Counted from the first letter of the stretch, positions 1 to 7,963 are shown. The stretch is 32,000 nucleotides of DNA from Pyrodictium abyssi (GCF_036323395.1 NZ_AP028907.1:870001-902000), one strand, 5' to 3'. Numbers and translations: made by a program. Notes: generated by a model from the sequence alone, not told the origin.

Positions 1-267
1 TACCACACCGCTTGCCATGGCAAGTAGGTAGTCGGCGAGTTTCTCCGGATCAGTCTTGATTGAAGGTAGGTATACCTCTACGTTGTTTACTAGCACTATG
101 GGCTCGAAGGAGTCTTCGATGTCCAGTGCTGGCACCGTTACCTCGGTGTAGTCCACGACAATGCCAAGATCCCTTAGCGTATCTACTACTGCTCTCGCGT
201 TCTCCCTTACTCCATGGCTTATTGGACCATATCCATGTATTACTGTTATCTCGAGCACGGGCTGCAC
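1..267 (-). CDS. hypothetical protein, N-terminal 89 codons (3' end lies outside the window)
   Basis: It is absent from the ORF track because it runs off the window edge. My hand translation of the minus strand, from GTG at 267..265 down to position 1, is open. It gives VQPVLEITVIHGYGPISHGVRENARAVVDTLRDLGIVVDYTEVTVPALDIEDSFEPIVLVNNVEVYLPSIKTDPEKLADYLLAMASGVV, which has realistic composition and ATA/GTA codon use. An in-frame stop lies upstream at 312..310. The + ORF 60..272 is its Arg/Leu/Pro-rich antisense. Confidence 0.5.
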   Translation of the reverse strand, partial: MQPVLEITVIHGYGPISHGVRENARAVVDTLRDLGIVVDYTEVTVPALDIEDSFEPIVLVNNVEVYLPSIKTDPEKLADYLLAMASGVV

Positions 268-340
268 AGTGAGCCCCCGTCTCTTACCAGTCGCTGAGAT
301 GCGGGCTGGTTAGACTGGCGCCACAATAATACGCTAGCTG

Positions 341-378
341 AATATAATATTATTATAGCTGTGATACTTGATATAAGC
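341..378. promoter_or_regulatory. AT-rich divergent promoter region (TATA-like elements) between the partial minus-strand gene and aRF1
   Basis: The sequence AATATAATATTATTATAGCTGTGATACTTGATATAAG is the only strongly AT-rich stretch in the 151-bp gap. GATATAAG lies about 40 nt upstream of the aRF1 GTG at 419. Confidence 0.4.
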
Positions 379-418
379 TGTCGCCGCGAGCTAAAAGGCT
401 ACACCGGGGGCAATAGCA

Positions 419-1531
419 GTGCAGGATGCACAGAAGCTCACCATAGATAAGAGGACGCTTAAACAGATAATAAAGGAGCTCAAGAAATGGAAAGCGCCCG
501 CCACAGTACTGCTAAGCCTCTACATACCACCGGGTAGGCCGATAAGCGACGTAGCTAGCCTTCTCCGCACCGAGTACTCCATAACAGATAACATAAAGCT
601 GAAGAGGACACGCGACGCTGTACAGCGTGCCCTATCAGCCGCAATGGATAGGCTGAGTAGGATTCAGAAGGTACCGCCAAACGGCCTAGTACTGTTCTGC
701 GGCGAGGACATGGAGACCAGGGACTTCATATGCCTGATGTTCTCGCCGCCGGAGCCTGTTCCAGTATTCTTCTACCGTACAGACAAGTGGTTCCACACAG
801 AGTTCCTCGAAGAGATGGTAGAGCACGAGGAAACATTCGGGCTGGTGATAGTAGAAAGGGACCAGGCCACTATAGGCCTGCTGAAGGGCAGCAGGATACA
901 GGTACTAGAGGAGCTGGAAGGCTATGTACCGGGTAAGCACCACAAGGGCGGCCAGAGCCAGAGGCGTTTCGACCGCCAGATAGAGCAGTTCGTTAAGGGC
1001 TTCTACCGCGAAGTAGCAGAGGCTATGAACAAGCACTTCCTGCCGCTTATCCAGAAGAATGTGCTGAAGGCCATCATACTCGGCGGGCCTGGCTACGCTA
1101 AGCAAGACTTCCTCGAGGATGCCAAGGACTTCCTAGACTACCGTGTACGCCAGAAAATAGCGAGGGAAACCATAGACGTGGCATACCAGGGCGAGGCGGG
1201 GCTCCGCGAACTAGTAATAAAGGCCTCCGAGATTATAGCCAAGAACAAGTATGCAGAGCTAGTAAAGGCCATTGAGGAGTTTAAGCTCCACCTAGCCAAG
1301 GATGATGGCCTCGCGGTCTACGGCGACAAGATGGTGAAGCAAGCCCTCCAGATGGGTGCGCTAAAAGTCATAATACTCGACGAGGAGCGTGACGATGCGG
1401 AGCTGCTGGCAGACGAGGCCAAGAAGTACGGCACCCAGGTATACTTCCTGAGCGGCGACATACCCGAGGCAGAATGGATACGAAAAACCTTCAAGGGCCT
1501 GGTAGGTATACTCCGCTTTAGGCTCTCATAA
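419..1531 (+). CDS. prf1: peptide chain release factor aRF1
   Basis: 370 aa with a GTG start. The GGQ motif (HKGGQSQRRF) is at codons 947-955. An eRF1/aRF1-type N domain carries an NIK-loop (TDNIKLKRTRDAV) and FHTEFLEEM. Length and three-domain layout are typical of archaeal aRF1. Confidence 0.95.
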   Translation: MQDAQKLTIDKRTLKQIIKELKKWKAPATVLLSLYIPPGRPISDVASLLRTEYSITDNIKLKRTRDAVQRALSAAMDRLSRIQKVPPNGLVLFCGEDMETRDFICLMFSPPEPVPVFFYRTDKWFHTEFLEEMVEHEETFGLVIVERDQATIGLLKGSRIQVLEELEGYVPGKHHKGGQSQRRFDRQIEQFVKGFYREVAEAMNKHFLPLIQKNVLKAIILGGPGYAKQDFLEDAKDFLDYRVRQKIARETIDVAYQGEAGLRELVIKASEIIAKNKYAELVKAIEEFKLHLAKDDGLAVYGDKMVKQALQMGALKVIILDEERDDAELLADEAKKYGTQVYFLSGDIPEAEWIRKTFKGLVGILRFRLS

Positions 1532-1766
1532 CCCTCACCTAGCACCTACAGCCATCCCGCTGCATACTACGATTCCCCGTCCCCGGGCTTTAGGGCGGGT
1601 ATTCTCTGTAAGGAAAGGCCTACGGGCGGCACAGAGCTATAGGGTAGGCACATCTCTACCATCTCTGGAGCTGCAGCCCCCGGGTCTCAGGCTCAAGTAC
1701 CGCGCCAGCCACCCCAGGCAAAGGATGCCCTAGGAACGAGACGACCAGGGGAAGAGGAGACCCTGC

Positions 1767-3017
1767 TTGGGGCGGCGTATACCTCCACAACTATGTGCTA
1801 GGTGTAAAGGCTACAAGAAGCTCTGCGGCCTCCCCGCATGCCCTATCCTAGAGAAGTTCCGGCTCCAAGCAGAGGCAGTCTCAAGGATACAGGGTGGGCG
1901 AGAAGTCGAAGGGGCTACACCTCCAAGCATAGTTGTTGGCGAGGCTGGCTATCCTCGTGTACCACTACTCTTCAACATACCTCCGGGCGCATATGGTGAC
2001 AGCGCACGCATCTACGATGCTCCGGAGATCTGGAGGGAGACCCGTCCCAGCCTCCGGGAGCTTCTCAGACTCCGGTCAAGCCTCGTGGCATCCATCACGC
2101 GGTTTGATGCGAGAAACCCATGGAGACTTTACGAGAAGGAGATATCGCTCGTAGCCGTCTCCGAGAGGTCTGTGGAGAGTCGGGCACTGCTAGCTAAGCC
2201 GCCGATACCGAGCCTCCGGTTCGATGGTATCCTGGCTCCTCAGGGCCCCACCGCGCCAGCCGAGAAAATAGAGGTGGAGGGGTCTCCTAAGCTTCCGAGG
2301 AGACTTGAGAAGCTGATATGGGATGACGCTAGGAGTACAGAGGCTATGCTAGAGCTCTACAAGAGCGGGGTCGATGTCTATCTTCTCATTCGGGCTCTAT
2401 CCCTGGGCTTGTTCGGTAGAATACGCAGCAGGAGGCTTGTGCCCACACGCTGGGCTATTACAGCTGTCGACCAAACTATATCCACTAGGCTACTCCACCA
2501 AGTGAGAACATGCGACACTATAGACCAGGTTGAGCTCTACCATGGAGGGTACCTGGGTAACTACTTCACAGTTATACTCGTGCCGGGCGGCTACGAGGCG
2601 GAGATGATAGAAGTGTGGCATCCGTTAACGCCCTGGACACGCTCTGCCGACAGGCCAGTAGTATTCTACATAGAGGAGCATCCTAGCCTCCGGATAGAGC
2701 CGCTGGACGGTGGCTACATAGCGGCTAGGCTTGCTGTAGCAGAGCATCTCTATAGACGTAGAAGACAAGCCAAAGTGATTATAGTGAGAGAGATAACGAA
2801 GGACTACTATGCTCCCATTGGCAACTGGCACATCCGGGAGACTATGAGGCGGATCCTATCAGCCGGACCTACAGCCGTATTCAGTGACCTCGATTCTGCA
2901 ATAGGCGCCGCCGCCAGGCTTGCCAAGTCACAAGAGGCCGCTGACGCGCTTAAACGGAGTAAGCTCGCACGCAGGTTCAAGACCTCTACGACGCTGGACA
3001 TGTTCCTTAAGAGGTGA
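1767..3017 (+). CDS. Nre-family protein (archaeal NreA-like, DNA-repair associated; DUF650/DUF651-type)
   Basis: 416 aa with a TTG start preceded by GAGGAG. The N-terminal cysteine cluster CARCKGYKKLCGLPACPILEKF, followed by VVGEAGYPRV, matches my memory of the Nre N-terminal signature. This was not verified by search. Confidence 0.55.
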   Translation: MGRRIPPQLCARCKGYKKLCGLPACPILEKFRLQAEAVSRIQGGREVEGATPPSIVVGEAGYPRVPLLFNIPPGAYGDSARIYDAPEIWRETRPSLRELLRLRSSLVASITRFDARNPWRLYEKEISLVAVSERSVESRALLAKPPIPSLRFDGILAPQGPTAPAEKIEVEGSPKLPRRLEKLIWDDARSTEAMLELYKSGVDVYLLIRALSLGLFGRIRSRRLVPTRWAITAVDQTISTRLLHQVRTCDTIDQVELYHGGYLGNYFTVILVPGGYEAEMIEVWHPLTPWTRSADRPVVFYIEEHPSLRIEPLDGGYIAARLAVAEHLYRRRRQAKVIIVREITKDYYAPIGNWHIRETMRRILSAGPTAVFSDLDSAIGAAARLAKSQEAADALKRSKLARRFKTSTTLDMFLKR

Positions 3018-3025
3018 ATCCGATT

Positions 3026-3059
3026 CCTTTTAACGGGCTAGCTTGAAGAGGGAGCTAGC
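3026..3059 (+). terminator. possible transcript end of the Nre-like gene: T-rich tract plus 7-bp hairpin
   Basis: CCTTTTA at 3026-3032 is followed by GCTAGCT-N9-AGCTAGC at 3037-3059, directly after the TGA at 3015-3017. Confidence 0.25.
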
Positions 3060-3086
3060 ATTTAACCCTAGCACATTATACAGTAC

Positions 3087-3863
3087 GTGTCGGGTTGGGG
3101 GTGGACTGTGCCCCAGCTCTCTACGGGGCTCGTTATAGCTGGCGCGTACGCTGACAAGCTACGCCGTGTACTATTCGCCCAGCTCCGGAACGAGATAAAG
3201 AGCGGTAAGATTGACTCCAAACAAGTGGCTCGCCGTGCCGGCGAGATCAACCGGCTCCTCTTCGAGATACTCGTCAACAAGCTCAAGATAGACAAGGGTG
3301 ATGCCGTCAGGATACGTGTAGAGTACGAGATAAAAGATGGCGATATAGTCTGGAAGCTAAACACGCTGCGGATTGAAGCCTTCCGGAGGATACCCGACGA
3401 CGAAGTAGGGAGGGCCATACAAGAGGTTGTAGAGAAGGCTGAACATGTTCTTGCCAGGCCAGAGACCGAGGAAGAGCGTGCATGGACATCGATGACGGAA
3501 GCCGAGGTAGAACGAGAAATAAGGGCCGCAAAGAAGCCTATAGAACCACCAGTAAAGCTCAAAGAAGCGATAGTCTACGGCAAGACGAGGAGAGACGAGT
3601 ACCTCGCAATACTGAAGGATGACAACGACGAAAACGTCGGTCTTGCCATAATGGCTAGCGAGAATGGTAGAACACGTATCCTGGCAATACTAGTGCCGGG
3701 CAAGGAGGCTTACCGGGCTGAAGTATACGTAAACGCGGGGATAGACGAGCTAAACGACAATCCAAGCAAGATAGTGGAAGCTGTACAGGAAGCACGCTTC
3801 GAGAAGATAAGCCGCGAGGAGGCAGAGAGAATAATCCGAGAGAAGATGGAGGAGATGCTATAG
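3087..3863 (+). CDS. conserved archaeal hypothetical protein (N-terminal part reminiscent of DUF2258, unverified)
   Basis: 258 aa with a GTG start at 3087; an alternative GTG at 3108 follows GGTTGGGGGTGG. Composition is charged and K/E/I-rich, typical of a real thermophile protein (STGLVIAGAYADKLRRVLFAQLRNEIKSGK...). The antisense ORFs 3068..3562 and 3307..3531 are Ser-rich artefacts. Confidence 0.6.
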   Translation: MSGWGWTVPQLSTGLVIAGAYADKLRRVLFAQLRNEIKSGKIDSKQVARRAGEINRLLFEILVNKLKIDKGDAVRIRVEYEIKDGDIVWKLNTLRIEAFRRIPDDEVGRAIQEVVEKAEHVLARPETEEERAWTSMTEAEVEREIRAAKKPIEPPVKLKEAIVYGKTRRDEYLAILKDDNDENVGLAIMASENGRTRILAILVPGKEAYRAEVYVNAGIDELNDNPSKIVEAVQEARFEKISREEAERIIREKMEEML

Positions 3864-4064
3864 CCGCATTACTGGCCAGCCCAGGGTTTAACACGGTCTA
3901 GCTTGTTCGGCTCAGCGAGGTCTCCACACCACATAACCTGTTCGGCATAAATTGGCTTCATCACCGCCGACCCTTATAATGCAAGCGAACAGCCTACCCC
4001 CGGGAATACCCTTTTATACATCTTGGCGGGGAGAGTATACTAGCTATACGGTGGATGCCCGGGC

Positions 4065-4307
4065 ATGGATAAGGCTGCACAGCCTATAGACGTAGAGGAT
4101 AAACAACGTGGAAACATAGCTCCAAGAACCAGTACCTCCTATAGCGATATACCTCTCGAGTCTATAAGTGATGCATGGATCCAGCGTGGCTACGTATACC
4201 TCCAGCTCGTCGACGGAAGGATACTTGCCGTTCCTGCGGACAAGCACGCAACCTCGCTATACTGGGAGGTCAAGATACGCAATCGTAGGAGAGCCTTCGG
4301 CCTCTAG
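4065..4307 (+). CDS. small hypothetical protein (80 aa)
   Basis: ATG start, with TTTTATACA at 4012-4020 about 45 nt upstream. Codon use (ATA, AGG, GTA) matches confident genes. The overlapping ORFs 4044..4247(-) and 4168..4482(+) look less protein-like. I recognised no family. Confidence 0.45.
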   Translation: MDKAAQPIDVEDKQRGNIAPRTSTSYSDIPLESISDAWIQRGYVYLQLVDGRILAVPADKHATSLYWEVKIRNRRRAFGL

Positions 4308-4729
4308 CCACACGGCATACCCTAGCCCCACGCATGCATTTCACGCATGCCATTGCTGTATGCATTTTGGCCCTAGCTGGCTTACCTCTCTTTTCCTGTG
4401 TCTAGCTGCATTATCTTCTACAACAACTACGCCTGGCATAGCCTTAGCTGCTAGGCACATGAGGGCCATTCCATGTTACTAGCTTAATACTCTCAATGCA
4501 AGCGTTCATTCCTGCTCTTTTCAGGAGAATAGAGTTGTGTATTGGCTATATTATTGGCTACTCTTGTCTGTTTGTATAAACTCGCATTTGAATCCAAGAT
4601 GTAATTGCAGTATGCAAATGTGCACCAATGCAAAGCTGAATAGTAGAGCCGGGTATTCCCGTGGCAAGAATACCTATGTTCCAGGCGAAGCGTAGGGGTG
4701 GAAGCTATACATGGTATATAGTGCCGCGT
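4308..4729. other. AT-rich repeat-bearing non-coding region; candidate replication origin
   Basis: This is the largest gap in the window without a credible ORF. My hand count gives about 38 percent G+C over 4531-4650. Repeats are CACGCATGC x2 (4329-4337, 4342-4350), ATTGGCTA x2 (4541-4548, 4553-4560) and ATGCAAA x2 (4612-4618, 4628-4634). There is also a dyad GGTATTC-N9-GAATACC (4652-4674). The region is adjacent to a protein with two winged-helix domains. Confidence 0.4.
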
Positions 4730-5503
4730 CTATAATATTGCGCGCATGCATGCCGAGAGAGCATTCTTCACCTTCCTTGAGAGGCCTATTCGCATTCCGA
4801 GCCTGCGGTCGTTATACAGGTATACAAGGCCCTTTGTCTGAAGACTTCTAAGGACTCCAACAAGCCATACCCTATCTGCTTCAAGCTCCCTCTCGAGCTG
4901 GTCTAGGTACATGTACGTCATGTTCCATCGCCGGTAGTGTTCTAGTAGTAGTTCCAGTACATGCCGCTCATCATCGTCAATGTCTAGCTCCTCTAGCAGT
5001 GCTCTACTGCACGATGCGAGCAGCTGTTCTTGTGTTTTATTGTCAGCATTAATAGTTAAACTGACAATGAATGGCTGGGGTTCGCCTGATTGTTGGCTGG
5101 AGCGGAGGCCGTCCTTGTGTTTCATTGTCGGTGTAACATGTAGTGGTTTGTCTGAAACTATCTGGCGTGCTAGTGCTGCATACTGTGCGACTCTTGAGTT
5201 CATTTCACGCTCTAGGATGTTCCTCGCAAACTCCTCGCCTTCGGGTGTAAGCACCCAGAATCCGTTCTCGTACTCGAAGAGCCCCCGGGTTCTCCAGTAG
5301 CTTAGGTAGCTGCTCACATACCTGGTAGACTTCCCTAGTACCTGTGCTATCTCGGCAGCCCTCATTGGTCGGGCTAGGAGCAGGACGGCTATGGCTTCTA
5401 CGAGCCTGCTACGGGGTCCGCCTCTCTGCTTCTTGGCAGGCGTGCTGCCTGTATCCAGGAGCTCCGGTAGCGCCTCTAGCTCGTCGCTGCTGCGTCCTCT
5501 CAT
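4730..5503 (-). CDS. DNA-binding protein with two winged-helix domains (WhiP/Cdt1-like candidate)
   Basis: 257 aa with an ATG start. TCTATACA lies about 32-39 nt upstream. The N-terminal wHTH is LLLARPMRAAEIAQVLGKSTRYVSSYLSYWRTRGLFEYENGFWVLTPEG. The second, C-terminal wH-like unit is VLELLLEHYRRWNMTYMYLDQLERELEADRVWLVGVLRSLQTKGLVYLYNDRRLGM. The WhiP assignment is an inference from architecture, size and context. Confidence 0.55.
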   Translation of the reverse strand: MRGRSSDELEALPELLDTGSTPAKKQRGGPRSRLVEAIAVLLLARPMRAAEIAQVLGKSTRYVSSYLSYWRTRGLFEYENGFWVLTPEGEEFARNILEREMNSRVAQYAALARQIVSDKPLHVTPTMKHKDGLRSSQQSGEPQPFIVSLTINADNKTQEQLLASCSRALLEELDIDDDERHVLELLLEHYRRWNMTYMYLDQLERELEADRVWLVGVLRSLQTKGLVYLYNDRRLGMRIGLSRKVKNALSACMRAIL

Positions 5504-5647
5504 ATCCTGCCCCGGCTTAGAAATGGATGATGTGTATAGAAGCTCAGCCAGTAGGCTTAGTAATACCGAGCTGGGGTACTCGGTGTAGCAGTAGCTATCC
5601 TGGGTGTGCAGGAGGTGGCAGCTCCCACTAGCGAGGGGTTCGTAGCC

Positions 5648-6490
5648 ATGGCGTTGAGGGTACTGGTGTCGGGGATACTGGAGTTTGACTCGGGGAAAAC
5701 ATGGAGCGTAATAGCGCTAGCCAGGAGCCTCTTGGAGCGTGGAGTACGAGTGGCCCTGTTTAAGCCGGTGGCCGGCCACAATATCTGGGGGTCTGCTAGA
5801 ACGCTCAGGATGAGCGCTGAACTGGGTATGCTCGTTGGAAACGATGTCTCAGCGTACATGAGGTATCTAGGCGGTATAGACCCGGGGGTATCTAACCCCG
5901 TAGCTCTAGCCTTAGCCTATCCGGACCCGCTCGCATTCCACGGTGTTTCTCAGTACCTATCAGCAACAGTCGATACGGCATCTATGCTTGTGCTCGCCCG
6001 CGTCCACGATTGCAGGGCACAGAGGACCCAGCATTACGTGTTTCCAGTGAATGTTTCAAGGCTCACTAGGGCTATGCGGCGGGAGGTAGAGCGGCTAGCA
6101 GAGAGGCTAGGCGCAGCCCCGGCGCATCCGGGCGAAACGCTGGAGTCGCTCTCCGGGCCGGGAGCCGAGTCTGTACTCGAGGGGTGTAGGGAAAGGCTTG
6201 AGGAGGACGCGGAAGTTCTCATAGTGGAATCGTTCAATAACGCGGTGGCTCCATACAATAGGATTGTTGATGTGGTTGACTTCTTCGTAGTTGTGGCTCC
6301 GGGGAGGCTAATGCTGTATAGTGGTGATAGGCTTAGAGCAGCATACGAGCTCCTGGGTAGCGTGAGTCGTGTAGACCGCATACTCCCTGTACTCTCCAAG
6401 CCTATTGCGACACTGGAGCTACCTATAGCCGAGAGCCCTATTGAACTAGCTGAGCATGTTGGACCAATAGTAGATGTTATAGCACCATAA
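5648..6490 (+). CDS. BioD/CobQ-like P-loop-fold protein with a degenerate Walker A
   Basis: I prefer the ATG at 5648 (GAGGGG lies 9-14 nt upstream) over the track's GTG at 5606. MALRVLVSGILEFDSGKT ... ALFKPVAG resembles the dethiobiotin-synthase-type GTDTxVGKT ... KPV layout. The antisense ORF 6034..6543 is Ser-rich. Confidence 0.45.
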   Translation: MALRVLVSGILEFDSGKTWSVIALARSLLERGVRVALFKPVAGHNIWGSARTLRMSAELGMLVGNDVSAYMRYLGGIDPGVSNPVALALAYPDPLAFHGVSQYLSATVDTASMLVLARVHDCRAQRTQHYVFPVNVSRLTRAMRREVERLAERLGAAPAHPGETLESLSGPGAESVLEGCRERLEEDAEVLIVESFNNAVAPYNRIVDVVDFFVVVAPGRLMLYSGDRLRAAYELLGSVSRVDRILPVLSKPIATLELPIAESPIELAEHVGPIVDVIAP

Positions 6491-6579
6491 CCTTGACCCA
6501 TAACGTAGTAGGACGTTTCAGCAGACCCCTGGCTGCGGCCCATGTCTCAGGCTACCCAGCCATAAAGGGGTGGTTGCGA

Positions 6580-7317
6580 GTGGCAACGCGTCTACTGTTC
6601 CAGGAGGATAGCTACCTGAAAGAATTCAAGGCACTGGTCACGCGTGTTGACGGTAACAAGGTGTATCTCGATGCTACAGCGTTTCACCCGAGACCGAGCG
6701 GCGGCCTAGACGCGGACACAGGGAGACTCATAACGCCCGAGGGGTATGAACTGCGTGTAGTAGACACTATAGCAGAGAATGGCGAGGTAGCTCACATAGT
6801 AGAAGGGGATCTACAGCGGATAAGTGTGGGTACTCGTGTCCGTGGTGTGATAGACTGGAAACGGCGCTACCGGATGATGCAGCTCCACACGGCTAGCCAT
6901 GTTCTGGCTGCAATCCTCTACGAGCGGTATGGTGCACGTGTAACTGGTGGCCACATTTCACCGGATATGGCGCGCGACGATTTCGAGATAAATGTGGATG
7001 ACTGGAAGAAGGCGATAACGGAGGCAATAGAGGAGACGAACAATATACTAAAACGCTGTATAGAGGTTAAGATATACTGGCTTCCACGCGAAGAGGCTCT
7101 AAAGATACCTGGCATAGTCAAGCTCGCTGACAGGATACCACCGTCTATGGAGCAGCTACGCATAGTGGAGATACCGGGAGTTGACATCCAAGCTGATGGC
7201 GGCCCGCATGTGCGCAACACGTGCGAGATACCGGGGATAGTAGCTGTTAAGCTCCAGAGCAGAGGAAGGAGGAGAAAACGCGTCTACTACACACTAGCAG
7301 GTAGCAGTACCGACTAA
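6580..7317 (+). CDS. alaX: alanyl-tRNA editing protein AlaX (AlaX-M type)
   Basis: LLFQEDSYLKEFKALV...DATAFHPRPSGGLDADTG is the N-terminal AlaX-M signature. The HxxxH motif is QLHTASHVL, and GGPHVRNTCEI lies in the second zinc motif. I chose the GTG at 6580 (AAGGGGTGG upstream). The track start at 6493 (TTG) would add 29 atypical residues. Confidence 0.85.
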   Translation: MATRLLFQEDSYLKEFKALVTRVDGNKVYLDATAFHPRPSGGLDADTGRLITPEGYELRVVDTIAENGEVAHIVEGDLQRISVGTRVRGVIDWKRRYRMMQLHTASHVLAAILYERYGARVTGGHISPDMARDDFEINVDDWKKAITEAIEETNNILKRCIEVKIYWLPREEALKIPGIVKLADRIPPSMEQLRIVEIPGVDIQADGGPHVRNTCEIPGIVAVKLQSRGRRRKRVYYTLAGSSTD

Positions 7318-7369
7318 AAGCCCAGGGGAAGGAGGGGGCAGAAAAGACTCCAGGCAAGGAACGCTAGAA

Positions 7370-7963
7370 CTAGAAGGCTAGCAGCGACGCTACAACTATC
7401 ATTACGAGCCAAACGACGGGATTCCTCTGCATTATCTTTGAGCCGTCTAGCGGGCTAAAGGGCAGCAGGTTGAAGAATGCTAGCCACGCGTTTATAGCGG
7501 AGAACCCCGCGAGGAATGCCGCTGTACTACTATAACCCAGCATGCTGGCGGCGATAGTAGAGGCTAGTGCCAGCACTATGTTCGAGGCGGGGCCAGCTGC
7601 GGCGACCAAGTCGTCTCTTGCAAAACCCCTACAGTATATAGCCACATAGCCTGGAGCGAGAATCGCAAAGGGAACATGCATGCTTCTGAGTATTCCGGAG
7701 AACAGTGTGAGCATTAATCCGAGCTGAGTCAACACAAAGCCTGCCACACAGCCCTGTCTACGTGCAACCTCTCTGTGCGCGAGCTCGTGTATGAAAAACC
7801 CTATGACAGCGCCGGCTAGGATGCCGCCGTAGTGGCTTATCGGCGATACAGCCACGTTTAGCAGGCCTACGCCGGCGAATCCAAAGGCTACTGAGAGCGC
7901 GCCTATTACTAAGGCCTTCCACTCGTCCATGTACATGGGCCTATCACTGAGGGTCAATGCCAA
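7370..7963 (-). CDS. M50-family (site-2-protease-like) membrane zinc metalloprotease
   Basis: HExxH (FIHELAHRE) is at 7775-7789. The second M50 motif is NLLPFSPLDGSKI. The protein has multiple hydrophobic segments. The track start is TTG at 7963; in-frame ATGs at 7936 and 7930 are alternatives. Confidence 0.85.
   Translation of the reverse strand: MALTLSDRPMYMDEWKALVIGALSVAFGFAGVGLLNVAVSPISHYGGILAGAVIGFFIHELAHREVARRQGCVAGFVLTQLGLMLTLFSGILRSMHVPFAILAPGYVAIYCRGFARDDLVAAAGPASNIVLALASTIAASMLGYSSTAAFLAGFSAINAWLAFFNLLPFSPLDGSKIMQRNPVVWLVMIVVASLLAF

Noticed and set aside
60-272. Track ORF on the + strand (70 aa).
   Set aside because: Its composition is Arg/Leu/Pro/Cys-rich. It lies exactly antisense to a better minus-strand frame that runs off the window edge.
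1532-1766. A 235-nt GC-rich spacer between aRF1 and the Nre-like gene. I examined it for a tRNA, a C/D-box sRNA or a small ORF.
   Set aside because: It has no T-loop or D-loop signatures, no RUGAUGA/CUGA pair, and only a weak 6-bp inverted repeat (GCCTAC ... GTAGGC). Nothing supports a feature call.
3068-3562. A 164-aa minus-strand ORF, plus 3307..3531 and 3655..3894.
   Set aside because: They are Ser/Leu/Arg-rich antisense translations of the K/E-rich gene 3087..3863.
6034-6543. A 169-aa minus-strand ORF.
   Set aside because: It is Ser/Thr-rich and low in complexity, and lies antisense to the BioD-like gene.
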